A stretch of DNA of 63,793 bases, counting the filler, from Phoronis australis (lineage: Eukaryota; Animalia; Phoronida), in assembly GCA_002633005.1 (NCBI GenBank). It is 6 parts of 6 records of this genome, joined end to end, with 100 filler letters (N's around TTAATTAATTAA, not from the genome) between each part and the next. Parts side by side here need not be neighbours in the genome. Positions count along the whole stretch, not along the records: positions 1 to 15,902 come from NMRA01001518.1; 5 more parts are not named here. The stretch is one strand, 5' to 3'. The notes below the pieces were generated by a model. That model searched no databases and was not told the DNA's origin. It was given only the letters and a program-made list of their open reading frames with translations. Both the position numbers and the translations under genes were made by a program. The number at the start of each line of letters is the position of its first letter. Position 1 is the stretch's first letter. Shown here in pieces: positions 1-12,885 of the stretch.

Positions 1-1132
1 GCACTGAAAAAAGTGGGGGCGTGGCTGCTAAAGGCCGAAGACTACTCAATAGTCTCACCCCCGCTGAGTGAAACGAAGTTCGGGGTGGGATGCAGCCGGT
101 GCCGGGCGAATCGTCATCACCTAATAAATTTCCATCTATGATGCAATTGTGATTTGCATTGTGGCTACTTTTGCGGAGACCGTTCATGTGAATTTGTATT
201 GAACCTCGGCAAACTCTGAGAAAACAAGTACACATTCACTAACATATAATTGATGTATTTGTCGCCCCCTTTTCTTAGATACTATTATTAACGCATACCT
301 GACGTAAGCACGATTGCCAACTTTCATGAATAGTGGCCTGGACAGAAAAAAATAGATTCCCGGTTGTACAATGACAAAGCAGGATGTCTATGCCAAAACG
401 CAAAGGTGAAATTCCGCCGTGACACATAAAAAAGCCCCAACAGCATCTTTTTTGCTCAAAAGGGAAATTACAAGTGTCGTAACATTTTTGTATCGCGGGG
501 AAAATCACAGTCATACGTCACAAGTAATAAGTCAATTTGATCGTTTATGAAAAACGGGACAGTTTGATGGTGGGGTACGGGCGGAACCGGTAGCGGGATA
601 AACCTTCAAAACAAGGCGGAGTCCGGCCAAAAGCGGGACAAATACTACGTAAACAGCCATAAGAAGTAACCACAACAGTCTTAAACATATAGGTTTATAG
701 CTCCCAGTGCTCAGTAGAGACTTCCGATACGCACTAGCACAAGTAATTCAGCAATTAAACAGTGAAACATACAGTCAATGGTTCAGTCAGAAGTTGTTAG
801 GCGTACTGAAAGCCATGGCAAGTTAATAAACTCGTTTGGTATGTTCAAAGATTTTATAGATTTTATAGTATCTTTGGTATGTTGCAACTCTGTTCGTTCG
901 TGTCCAGACACGTCCCGTTCGTTCGTTCGTTGTTTCAATACATCTTGATGTCAATGATCACTAGGCCTTTCTAATGGGAATTACGGTAGGTCAAAGTTGA
1001 ATTTGGTCGTAACTAGGTCAAAGCACTGGGATAGTCAACACCGGCGTAATACATTTTGTGCTTGGTGCCTTCATATTTTACTGAACGTGAAGAAGACTAT
1101 TAGGTTTTTGGTCGTGGTCTCAATTTCTCGTG

Positions 1133-4100
1133 ATGTCGATTGACAAATCTGTCAACTCAAAGGGAGAATACGTGCGGAAAGCCAGCACCTTCAGGAATTG
1201 TGTGACAGGTTAGTATAGTAGTAGGCTATTCTTCAGAAGAAATTTACTCAACCGCTGAGTCTGCCAGCCACCGCGCCTAGAGGAGGCAGACGGTGGATCT
1301 GTCTGTACCGGACCTTATGTTGCCAGTCCACTCCATGGGAGCTTATCGCGGTCCTTTTAGAGTGTACCAGTCAAACACTGCAGTGTATGGGAGGTATGTC
1401 GATAATAAGATCTTTATTATATGATCTGCCGGGTATGCCGGTCGTGCAGTGTCCACTTCGGCGACCACAAATGTCCGCCCCCGTGTCTGCCCGGTTGTAC
1501 GAGGCGGAGGGGATCGGGGGTTGTTTTACGGCAATGCGTAGCCGTTTTCGAATTCGCAATTTTAAGGATTACCAAGCCTATAAACTCTATAATAACGATT
1601 TTCTCGATTGGCTGATGGTTTTCAGCGATAGGCATAGCTTGTGTGTGAGGAAACAGAATAAAATCAGCGTAACGGTAAGAAATATTATGAGACCGATTTT
1701 TTAGTATAAAAACGATTTTTGTTATTTTCCCGCAGCTCTACGGCTATATGAAATGTAGCACTGAAGCAAGAATAATGTTTTGTAATTGAAAAGATCGTAT
1801 ATTTGGTTTACGAGTTTGGCACTTCAAGATTATGTGTTTGTGTTAAACAGGGTTCAGAATAACTATTGACCCTGTGGTCAGCGGGCTGTAAAGTCCTTCA
1901 CATGGCCTTTTTTCCCCATTTCAATATTTGATGTTTAGTTTTATATTTTATACGACGTGAAATAAACGCAATATTGGTGTTCATGAACACACAACACAAG
2001 ACCCACGAAAACTGCCGAGTCATGCTGATCCAACAGTGGTCAATATAAAATAAAAGCTGCTCTGCGTTCTGTAAAACATGATTCTTGCGAGATATCGGAG
2101 GTCTGGCTTCGCAAGATCTGGCGTGTTCACACGAGCTTTATTCGCGCTATTTCGGAAACTTGGCAAATACACCTCCAGGCGAAACACCTGAGTAAAACCA
2201 CAGTAACAGTTTTCAGTTGTTCAAATGGGCCTTGCGTGCCATTGAAGCTTCCCAATTCGTAAAGCAACGGTAGATGGTGACTGTTTTCCTAAACAAGTGA
2301 CAACGTTCTTGTACAAGTATGATACATTCGTATGCCTTTAGTGAATCTTATGCGCATGTATACTCGCATACGAAACACTCAAAATTATATTCTGAAGAAA
2401 AATCATCATTTGGATGTTGAACAATAGGGTTGTATAGAGGGAATAGAAGCATGCGCGTACCCAGCTTTCAATACGGGGGGGCTCGAATTCTTGGCTACGT
2501 GGACCTTTTAGTAACAAAATAATCCGTCGACTAAAAAACACGGGGTACCACGTCCAGAGCTATGAATTGTGCGTTTGCGCTTCTTTAGTGAACTTTCTGT
2601 ATCGTTTTCTCGGACTTTTTATGTCTCTGAGGCGGACCTTTTTTTCCACTTCGCCAAATGGGGGGATCGTTCGAGCCNCCCCGCCAGGGTGCGCGCATGA
2701 GAATAAGGCATACGGAAACGAATTACGAGATCGGTTTCTTAGTGTAAAAGGCCTAATTTGGCTTTCGTTTTTCGCCAGCTGAAGGGCGAAATGTAACTTC
2801 AAGCACTGAGGCCACAGGCGTCCTCAGCTTCTGATCGTCCCCAGTACGCTATATAAAGTATTATATAGTGTATTGTGGACGATCAGAAGCTAAGGACATC
2901 TGTGACTGAGGCAAGAACGAATGATGAATCTATTTCTCAAGTTTCGCTCAATATGAGAACTCCCACTTAGTGCTCATCAAAGTTTATAAACCGGAAGGCA
3001 ATCGTATGTTTAGTTTCTAAATTTGACCCGTCAAGTTTCTGTGTGTGTGTGTGTTNATGCCATACAGCCGCACAGCATACCCGAACAACACTGATATGAT
3101 GTAGCCCTGATATACTTTGGTTCACTTATATAAACACGACTCACGGGTCTGATAAATAAACGCAGTTCACTAACTTAAAAAGTCGTTCCTGTATTCACGC
3201 AAACCCGACTTTCCGAACACCAAATACGGTGCCGAACTCGCAAAATACTGTTTGCTCGTTTTCCAAAAACTGCGTATCCGGAGTCGCAAACACCATGCTA
3301 GTTTTCAAATCCGTGTACCAAGTTTGGCGTCAGAATAGTAACCTCGGGCCTGTGGGCCGTGTTCACCGGGGCAGCGTGGACGAGGTATCCAGCTTAAACT
3401 AGACACAATCTGGTCCAATTTTAAATGTATAAATTGCCTTTGTCAGTTCTCACAATAATAAATAATAGGTGTTCATGAACACGCAACGCAGAAACTGCCC
3501 AGTCATGCTGACCCACCAGTGGTTAATAATGAAAGCTGTGCTGAGTTCTGTAGGCCAGTTTCTGGCGAGATTTGCGAAATCTCGGAAGGTTGGCTTCCAT
3601 CGCAAACTGTTATTGGGCATGCGCGCACCCAGGGAGGCTCGAATTTTTGAGGATGTGGACCTTTTACCAAAAAAAAAACAGGGTACGTTGAGAGCTATGA
3701 CTTTTGTCTCGTTTTCTACTTTTCTGGACTTTAAGTTGTTTCTCTAAGGCAGACATTTTTGCCCACTTCTTCAGTGTGTTCACACGAGCTTTATTCACGC
3801 CGTATCGGGAACTTGGCAACACTTGAGCAAAACCACAAAGAATTGGTAACATTTTTTTTTCAAATAGGCCTAGGCCATAGAGCGAGAATGGCAATACGGA
3901 GATGCAGCAAAACCTCGTATCAGGGGAAAAGATCGAAGAGGGTGTAACCAGCACGAACTTGGTTGCATCTCCAAATTTACATTGCGTGCGATACTGGAAA
4001 GAGGAGGGCCAGAGACTATCCCGGTGCCTACCCTCTGACGTCACCACAGAAACAGAAATAGGCCTAGCGTGTGTGTGAAGATTCCCTATTCGTAAAGCAG

Positions 4101-7100
4101 CGGCAGACGCGGAATGTTTCCCTAAACAAGTGAATAGTTCATGTACTCTAGGGCTACTGCACTGTGCCTTTAAAGAAGCGTGTAACGCGAAAACTAGTGA
4201 AAGTGCATTTCAAACAAATCGTGGTGAATCTATAGTGTCTGTGTTAGTTTGAAGATAATGATAGTTGTGTCTACTTTTGAGCATATTCCAAAAAGTACAG
4301 TACCCATTATATCATTTTGTGTCTATCCCTGTATCCGTTTGAGTTTAGATTTCTTGGTAATGACAGGTATTTGTTTTCCCCATCATGAAAACGGTCAAAT
4401 TCAGTCAAGTGATAGTATTTTGGAACTTCACATTGCAGCCGACGGATCAAGCGGTTTCAAAGCCGAGAAAGGTCGTTACCATTTGTACGTATCTCATGCT
4501 TGTCCCTGGGCCCATCGCACACTGATTGTGAGAAAACTGAAAGGATTGTGTGACGTCATAAGTGTGGATGTCGTCGATTGGCTGTTGCAAATGGAGAAAG
4601 GTTGGCGATTTTCACCCGAGGTAATGGTTTGCTCAGGTGGGGGGTGTTTGGGTTGTTCCTCACAAAATACATCTTCGTTATCAGTTTTGATTTCCGTTGG
4701 GAGAAAGTGTCGGAGGAAAGGTATTGGCCGTATTTTCGCAGCAACAACGATATTCATCAGGTTTCATATAGACGAAGCTTGTTTAACGAATTTCACATGC
4801 AAACCATATTTGGAACTGTCTATTCTTATATATGGTCAAAGTTTAAGGCATGAGCGGTGCAGTACTGAAAAAAGTGGGGGTTATAGCCCTCAGCCCTCCC
4901 TGCGGTGCACCGCCCATAGACCACGAGCGGCGTTGCATTGAAAAAAGTGAGGGGGGGCTATAGCTTCCCCCCAGCCCCCTATGTTGCGCCGCCCATGTAA
5001 TGTCCTATGGATGCTTATTGACGTCTTGGGAATCTTACACACATCTGTGGTCGTCGAGTTCGTACACTTCAAAATAATCCATAAATTTAATGTCTAGCGC
5101 GCTCTCTAACTTTGCTTGAATTGATATCCCACTTGATCTCAAGATCATAATTTGTAACTTTATGGTCACTCGATCAAGTTGAAGATGAGGTTTAGAAGCT
5201 TTCAAACGTAAACAAAGTCAGATGGAACCCCTCCGTCTTCCATACTTAAAGAACTTTTGTTCTGAAATCGCTTGCTTAATCGTGAGATAACGAGTTCGAA
5301 TTTGGAACTCTGTCGTTATTCTGATATTTCGCAGTTTTTAATCTAGTCAGCGCGTCATCTGTGGCCACATTTATTCTGATATTCCAATTAAATGTAATTT
5401 TTTAAGACATGCGCAGCCCCAGAAATCGCCTTCACGTTATATCCATGTTCTCGTGCATTGTATTCCATACATTCAATGTAAGACCGAGCTGAGTATGAGA
5501 CACCTTCGTGCAATGCTCGATTGTCAGCCATTAAGAACAGGATTCCAAATTTTTACATTGGATGTAAAGATATGTACTAGAACAAGGCAATCTGATAAAT
5601 TATAGTATCAGTTTCGGCACACGCCTTATTTGATTTTGCCCACCCAGCAGTACAATACTTCTTCATACATAAAAAGGCGGTTGCGTGCTGCCGAAATGTT
5701 CAGTAGGTGCAGCCTCTATCGTGGATGGCAAGCCGAGGCAATTTCCATGTGTCGGAGATTTTAGAACATAGCGACGAGAAAATGTGCAACCGTTCTTCTG
5801 GAATTCAACGTAACAATGGTCTGGCTGTTTAAAAAATTTGTGATCAAGACGTTCGAATAAAAGCAAAAATTTCACTTATTGATCTTTCAAATATTGCGTC
5901 CAGTGTAATCATTGGTGAACGGCCTCAGTAGAAGTAAGAAACTTTATCTTCGATACATTCGTTTGCCTAATCACGCTCGAGAAAAAATGTAGTGCCGTCA
6001 GACTTGGATTTGACGATAAATTCGTAGTACAAGCTTGTATTTTTGTATCATGTTGTAACACACCATAACGTCTTGCGGAAATTGACGAACACTGTATCCA
6101 ACGAGCTCTCACACCACTATCTCAGATTACGTTCTGAATTTCTGTTGCAAATTTCTGCAATTCCCCCCGTTTCCCTTTAACGTCCTGCCAATTTTCTTGG
6201 AACGGGCCCCAGAACTGTTTACATGAGTATGTTGTAAAAGAATATTATTACTTTTGGTATGCTCACATACATATGCGTCTGTACATGTATGAATGTCTTG
6301 GCGTGTTGGTCTATGGTTTTTGACAATCCAGTCTATGATTTGTGGGTTGTTAAAAGACCTTGTTTCTTACACGTCAACACGTATGATTTTTTGTGATCGA
6401 AATGAAAGAGTCAACTCTAAATTGCGAATGAAAAATAAATTCAAACCACCTTTAGTTTTTGACAAATTTATCTGTTTTTAAAAAAACATAGTCATTTGAC
6501 CCATGTAATACTAAAATCAAAAATCAAATTTTACGGACTTTCTAGTTCCAGAAAATACATGCTTTCACTGAGTTAAAATCTACGTTTTGTAAACATCTAG
6601 CTAAATACAAACTTTCCGATAAGGTCCAGACTACTTAACCTTCGGCGAAACTTTGCGTCCACTGGTCGATCTCCTAAACAAAACCTTGCGGTAAAATGGC
6701 GCCAATTTCGGACACAAATTAATCACGGACATAGCAATAGACATTTTTTCATTTTTCAAAGGCTTTAAACATTGTTGTGAATGGCCGCAATTTTCCAAAA
6801 TATTGTTTAGGGGTAGGTATGGTGCAAGCTTTGAACATGTACAATCATTATTTTGTTACTACATATCTTTCGTGGACAAATAAAAAACAAAATTTTATGT
6901 GTCGGCCATAGTGAGTCCTAAATGGGTGAGATTTTACCGTACTCCGCTTATGAAACCTAACTTGACTTTTCCAGAAAGAAGGCTGCACAGAGGACACCAT
7001 TAACGGATTCGAATCCATAAGAGAAGTCTATCAAAAGTCTTCATCCGGTAGGCAGCTCAGCGCATGCCCTGGAATGTTCAACATTCATGATGGCGCCAAT

Positions 7101-10100
7101 CTTTAGTATTTCCATATGTTATCAGCAAAAATGTTTTGTTTTATTGAAATTCATCGTTTTTTTACGGCGCTCAAGCGTACCCAAAGTTGTTGCAACGGTG
7201 GAAATTGTGATTAGGTGACCTTTTGCTCGTCTCTTCCCCCCTGGATACGTCGTACGACGCAACTCTCCCCAGGCTCTGTGTGAAATAGATAGCGAAAGGT
7301 ATTTGGCGAAGCGATGGCGGGCCAGATGTAGAATCTTTCAAAGGACGGGCTAGTCTGCGGCCTATAGAACACCTGAAATTGTAAACTCTTGTCTCATTTT
7401 TTTCGTTTGGCCCTTTGAGCAATATCTTCTTGAACTCCAGACTTGTAAACAGAAACTGTGTACATGTACGTTGTCAGTCCCCCGTGGTTTTATTCTGAAT
7501 TGGCAAACTAGTTTGTAAGTGACTTCAGAATTCCCTGAGAAACACCTTGAAATTAAGCATTCTTTCAAGTATGTTTTAACACTGTACTCGAATTGCTGAT
7601 TATTTTATTTCCTGTGCCAACAAGGATCTACTTTTTGATGTTAAGCCAGTCTAACACCCTATTGCGTACAACTTAGCAGTTTTGTTCTTACAGATTTCAC
7701 TGGGAAGGTAACAGTTCCCGTTTTATTCGATAAAGTTACTGGTAAAATTGTCAACAATGAGTCGAGTGAAATTATCCGAATGTTGAACAGGGAGTTCAAC
7801 GCCTTTTGTCCAATGGTGGAGCAACAAGAGCTTGATTTCTACCCCGAACATTTAAGGGAATCTATCGACAGCTTGAATGAATGGATTTACCCGTAAGTAA
7901 CATTGTCCATGCAAGATTATGTCCAGTGTTTCCAGTATTTAGTTCTTATGACAACAAAATTCGCCATACCATGTTTTCAGGACATTGGACCGGTTTGGTT
8001 CATCGTAGAGCAGTCATACTCTTGAAATGACTTAAGTCTACTACATTTTGCTTGTATCCAGGATCAGTCGGCATTGATAAATGGGGGCATTTGCATGTGA
8101 TATTGGTTGATAATTCGTGCCTTACATATATTTACAATTGGAGGTAGTTGAGTTTTTTTGGAAAAACCTACAAAATTAAAACAGTTTGTTAAAGAACACC
8201 TTCCGGTAATATTTTAGTCAATGATTCGAAAACTCGAAAGCAGACTACATTGCTCGTACCGGGTGCACCTGCATATGAAGCTTCCCGCAGACCCTGATGT
8301 AGTTATCAAACACTTTAATGTGTTCGCCTTTTAACTGAAGCTGAGGCCCTCACTCTTAAATGAGAAAACTTTGGAAGATACTGTATAATTTCAGCTTAAT
8401 CTTTCTGTACAGAACAAGTGGAAAGTGGTGATGAAATAATTACAGAAAAGAACTGTAACTCATTAGACAAATAACTATATGCAAAATTCAATGGCAAAAC
8501 GTGTCTTTTAATCAAAACGCTCTTGCGGTCCGTGAAGGCGTAATTTTGCCTGTCCTGGTGCCGTATTCTGAATTTTCCTTTAGTTAACATTTTCCTTGAG
8601 TTTTGATGTTTTTGCTTGTGATAATTTCCATAAAAATTTTATTATCCTAATAAAAAATAATAGGTCATGAGATGCTGTCTTAGTGATTTTTAAGTGAAAA
8701 GATGATTAAAAAGTCTGACGCGACTCGATGGCCTCCCCTGCTTTCTTCACGTAAGCCTCTGTGTGTTTCTAAAACAATTAAACGTGGTAACAAACCGCTC
8801 AGTCTTCTCCCAGATAAAAACGATGTGAATACCAACATACTTTGGTTGATTTCAAAAAAATAATTAGTGTTTCCCGAAAAATTTCAGACATTGACAATTA
8901 AGGAACAATGACCTCAACGTGTTTTAATCTTGTCTAGTTTCAATTACAAACAATTCACAAAACCAATTAAAATGTAAAAAAACAATGATGATTCAGGAGT
9001 TTTTCATAGGGGTTTTGTGGTGTGCATTTGTAAGGTGTTGTGTTTTTGCTACAGTGACATCAACAATGGCGTTTACAGAGCGGGCTTTGCGCAGTCTCAG
9101 GAGGCCTACGATAATGCTGTTACTGCACTCTTTAAGGCCCTGGATAAGGTAAAGAATTGGTATAACAGTTAAAATAAAGATTGCTACCTATCGGCGGCCT
9201 GTATATTTGAGAACCTAGCTTTCGGGCTCATCTTGGGCTCTTCGTCGGAGCACTAGCGCGGATCTCCGTGTCACTTGGCCACATGTGGTCGGTGCTTGGC
9301 GGTTGTCAAACACCACCTGGTGGCTGTCGCTCGTGGAGAGGAGTAGGTAAATGGCAGATAATTCGTAACCACTGTCTCTGTTCAACTCTGGCCGCCGATA
9401 GGTTTCAATACCCTATAACGGCGCCAGATATAAACATCCGTTCCACTACCAGTATGGCAATCCTATTTTTGGTAACGAGGGGTCTGTGAGTTCTGCAGTA
9501 TGCTGTTGAACGGTAGCTTTATAAATTTTTGGATATTAGAGCTGAGTAGTCCAAGTTGTTGTATAGTATGCCTTTCCGCTGTTCAAGTTGCATTTCGCCC
9601 TGTTTAGCTGGCTGAAAAACGAAAATTGAGGTGGGCCTTATACTTTCGTAGAATCGACCTTTTAATATTTCTTACCATAGCATCGTTCTATTTCCGTTAC
9701 TAACAAGAAAATTGAAATCATTAGCGACTCAAGAAAACCGTTAGAACTTACTGGCGTTGACCAACCTTGAAATTACATATTTAATTATGGCGCATGCACA
9801 TATTACCTGTGACTGAGTTGAGGGCTCATTCGACCATAATTCAAGGTCGGATGAGCGTGGTTGTTTTTGAACCCTAGACAGGTTCGTTTAAGAATGTCAA
9901 CATTGACAACGAATCAGGGTCGAAGTAGCCGAAGTAGGCCTACAGCTTTAAAGAATTGTATTCTACGTAGTTGACGGGCACAAGGGTACATCCGGGATTT
10001 TGTTGAGTTTCATTTTATTTTTGCTAATCGCGAGAATTGTTATGGGTATCCACTCAGGAAAAAACTAATTGACTTGATGAAGTATTGACACTGGTTGAAA

Positions 10101-12038
10101 AGCTAAAATCGTTGAGACGATGTCCTTCCTGTACGTTTTTTTTCAGCTGTGATAAATGACAAAAGTCGCTCGTGTGTAGACTTCCAAAATTGTCACATTA
10201 TTTTTCCATTTGATATTCAATGTGATTACCTTTCCGTAAACAACAGAAATTTTGCTAAACGCTGTTCTTAACATCTCAACACAGTATGAAACAAACTAAT
10301 AATGGACTTGAACTGTCGCGAGGTTTATTACTGTCAAGGATTTAATTCTGGAAAGTAAGATTTCACTTGTCCAGCATTTATGCGACATGTGCGAAGAATT
10401 AAGAATTACCGTACTCCAGGGCCCCGATTCTAATCTTTTTACTCGAAATGGAACTCGAAATTATGTTTGGCAATTTCTACTCTACTTTTGTGCGAACTCA
10501 AGATAAGTGTCTATTATTCTATGCTCGCGTACATAATGACTTACGTGGATATTTTTTTAGTGTTAGTTTGCAGTTGATAAACCCAACATTGAAACTAAAA
10601 ATTCGACTTTGAACTCGAAATTTCGAGTTTTTACTCGAGTTTATATCACGAATATAAGGGTCATTAAGTGCAAACTTGGATTAGAAACTGTAATGTATTC
10701 CAGCACAGTCTCATAACCACTTATCTCGAGTTCGCACAAAAGTAGCAGAGAAATTGCCAAAAATAATTCTGACTTTCTTTCCCTACAGATTAGATTTCGG
10801 GCTCAGGATCTCATTTTATTTGACGTGGTCGGCATGACTCTGTGATGAAGAGTTTTTCACAACCGATTATTTAACTAAAGAAGTTTCACACAGGTGTTAA
10901 TCACAGGTTTGCCAATATTTGCATTTTAACAATGTTTTTTCATTTGAAGGTTGAAAATATTTTATCAAGGAGCAGATATCTCACAGGGAACACACTGACC
11001 GAGGCTGATATCCGATTGTTCACGACACTAATCCGCTTTGATGCAGTCTATGTTGGTCACTTCAAAGTAGGTTTGATAGCCTGTCGAACTCAGATATTAT
11101 TTAAAGAGAAACCATCGTATTATTTATGGTTCAACAAAGAAGGTGTTTGTAGTCCATTGTTTCGGGGACGGACACGCTGTATGACGCAGTATGAGCCCAA
11201 CCACAAATTTTGAAGGGAATTCTTTACAGCATGCCTGCATTTTTTTGTTCGAGCCCGGGGCCTCTGTACCCCTTAAATCCGTCTATTTACTTTCAATTCA
11301 TAATTCGTTCTTAAAATGTCAATCAAAATTTGGGGAGAGATTCTCGCAACTGGTTAAAGGCTCATCATGACTACTGGACAATTCTGTCCCAAAATCATAT
11401 TACGTCTGTAATAACGTAGTCCACTGATTGGTTCGTTGGTATTTTCAGTGTAACAAGCACCGCATCAAAGACTTTCCCAATCTTTCTGGATATTTACGGG
11501 ATATTTATCAGACAGACGGAATCTCGGAGACGGTCAACATGAAACACATTACCTACCATTATCAGGTAGTACATGCGGGCTGCAAGGACTGCCGCAACTT
11601 AAATTTCTCAGTTGCGCCACCTGACGTTCTTTGTCACACCCGTTTTCGCACCATGCTGAAGAAGCTCCAGGCTAGCTGGAAAATTGCAAGCGCGTTGTCA
11701 GTCGTTTGCAAGATTGCTAAAGAAATCTCTGTTATAGGCATTCCAATCTGACATAGCATGGGATGCTACCAAGAACTGGTACTTGCCAACGTAGTCTACA
11801 CAGTTGATCTTTATATGAACCTACGAACAACGAATGTCGCCTATGTGAGGTAATCAGACAGTGTACTAAAAACGATTTTCAAGCTAAAAGTCCTTGGCAA
11901 TTTTTGTACGTCACCTTTTAATGCTTGTAATTTCAGATGAGTCATCCATCAATCAACAAATTTGGCATTGTTTCTATTGGTCCAGACGATTTGAACTTCG
12001 ATGCACCTCACGACCGTGCTAAGATGGTTTCTACTTAA
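1133..12038 (+). CDS. Glutathionyl-hydroquinone reductase (Xi-class GST, YqjG/ECM4 family), complete 8-exon gene, 319 aa
   Basis: join(1133-1208,4439-4620,6975-7047,7694-7892,9055-9148,10950-11066,11449-11565,11937-12038) = 960 nt. All introns are GT-AG and phases are compatible. Protein: [62 protein letters not shown]...VTVPVLFDK...[13 protein letters not shown]...[17 protein letters not shown]...[23 protein letters not shown]...[19 protein letters not shown] active site and INNGVY are family hallmarks. Confidence 0.96.
1977..2340. repeat. Diverged interspersed repeat (Kolobok-like right end), copy 1, in GST intron 1
   Basis: Shares blocks GGTGTTCATGAACAC, GTGTTCACACGAGCTTTATTC and TTCGTAAAGCA..CCTAAACAAGTGA with 3468-4173. 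Ends in GCCTTTA. Confidence 0.5.
2450..2699. mobile_element. MITE with TIR CATGCGCG(T/C)ACCC and 5-bp TSD
   Basis: Left CATGCGCGTACCC, right GGGTGCGCGCATG. Flanks agaag/agaat. A truncated copy lies at about 3618-3770. Confidence 0.7.
2811..2906. mobile_element. Short palindromic MITE/hairpin
   Basis: GCCACAGGCGTCCTCAGCTTCTGATCGTCC...GGACGATCAGAAGCTAAGGACATCTGTGAC, flanked by tgag/tgag. Second copy at 38994-39064. Confidence 0.7.
3468..4173. repeat. Diverged interspersed repeat (Kolobok-like right end), copy 2, with nested MITE fragment
   Basis: Homologous to 1977-2340, ends GTGCCTTTAA, and contains a fragment of the 2450-2699 MITE. Confidence 0.5.
4849..4997. mobile_element. Dimeric MITE (TIR CATGGGCGGCGCA-type), 5-bp TSD
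   Basis: Two head-to-tail units of about 72 bp (..GCACTGAAAAAAGTGGGGG..). Flanks taagg/taatg. Related copies at 1-30, 28582-28726 and 55198-55265. Confidence 0.75.
9150..9620 (-). mobile_element. Penelope-like retroelement 3' fragment (GIY-YIG endonuclease C-terminus plus hammerhead relic)
   Basis: Minus-strand frameshifted peptides [42 protein letters not shown] match the Penelope endonuclease end motif PxLNRDxGYELxxIY. They are followed by C(C)GACGA..GAAAGC, a hammerhead-like core. Confidence 0.65.
10420..10803. mobile_element. PIF/Harbinger-type MITE with long TIRs, CAG TSD
   Basis: CAG|GGCCCCGATTCTAATC ... GATTAGATTTCGGGCT|CAG with long imperfect inverted arms. Inverted copy at 60757-61152 and a degenerate piece at about 22725-22900. 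Confidence 0.75.
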
Positions 12039-12190
12039 ACATTCCTGAAGACCAACATGAGCAAAGTATTGAGCCTAAAGATCGAAGAAGGCGTGGCTTA
12101 AAATTTCAGGGCGTTAGATATTAGTGTAGTTAGCGTTCTTATTTAAGTGTATGTGATAATGGACCTTGTACATGTGCCATGTCAAAGAAC

Positions 12191-12196
12191 AATAAA
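12191..12196 (+). promoter_or_regulatory. Polyadenylation signal AATAAA of the GST gene
   Basis: AATAAA about 150 nt after the stop codon at 12038. Confidence 0.55.
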
Positions 12197-12313
12197 TATA
12201 TGAATGTTAATACACTATTTTCACTAGGATGATATTAGCAGGTCGCTCCTACCTGTAGTTAAAAAGAACTAGGACGTTTTTATGACTGCATCTCTTTGGA
12301 GACTTAACCTTGC

Positions 12314-12636
12314 CTGTGGCGCATTTTTTTTTTGGGGGGGGAGGGCAACGGGGCCATGGCCCCTCTAAAATTCTCCCAGATACTATTTGGCAGTTCGGGG
12401 TGCGAATTGCTGACTAGAAATATGCACTCACCCAGGGGGGCTCGGGGGGCGAATGCACAATGCGTAGGCCTTGAACAAACCCCGTTTACCGTTTTTTTTT
12501 AGTACTGAATAAGGTCCACAAACCCAAAAATTCGAGACACCTGCATCCCTACATTTTTAGGCTGCGGGGTGCGCGCTGGTTATTCCTGTGCCCTGCCCCT
12601 CCTCTAACTCAACTCAAAATCCGGGATCCGCCCCTG
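12314..12636. mobile_element. hAT-type MITE (TIR CAGGGGCGGATCC family), 5-bp TSD
   Basis: Ends GGATCCGCCCCTG, flanks cttgc/cttac. A shorter relative lies at 56038-56200. Confidence 0.65.
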
Positions 12637-12885
12637 CTTACTGCAGGACCAAACCCGACTTCCATCTCTGACAAAGACAATCTTTGATTTAAACCACTAA
12701 CCGTTATGAAATTGGTCTAAAAATTGTCCTCAATCAAATTATAACGATGCTAATTGAGGTGTGACTATTATGAAGAGAGAATAGTTTAGATCTAAAAAGG
12801 ATTTTATTTACGCGGAGTTGTTACAACGCCGGCTGGTTAAAGATAGCATACTACTGGATGTGTTAACTGCGTCGCAAGCCGACAN

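Noticed and set aside
4249-4941. 230-aa ORF as a complete protein or bacterial yqjG contaminant
   Set aside because: Only 4439-4620 is homologous and it is bounded by AG/GT. The rest is intron read-through, and the gene has seven spliceosomal introns.
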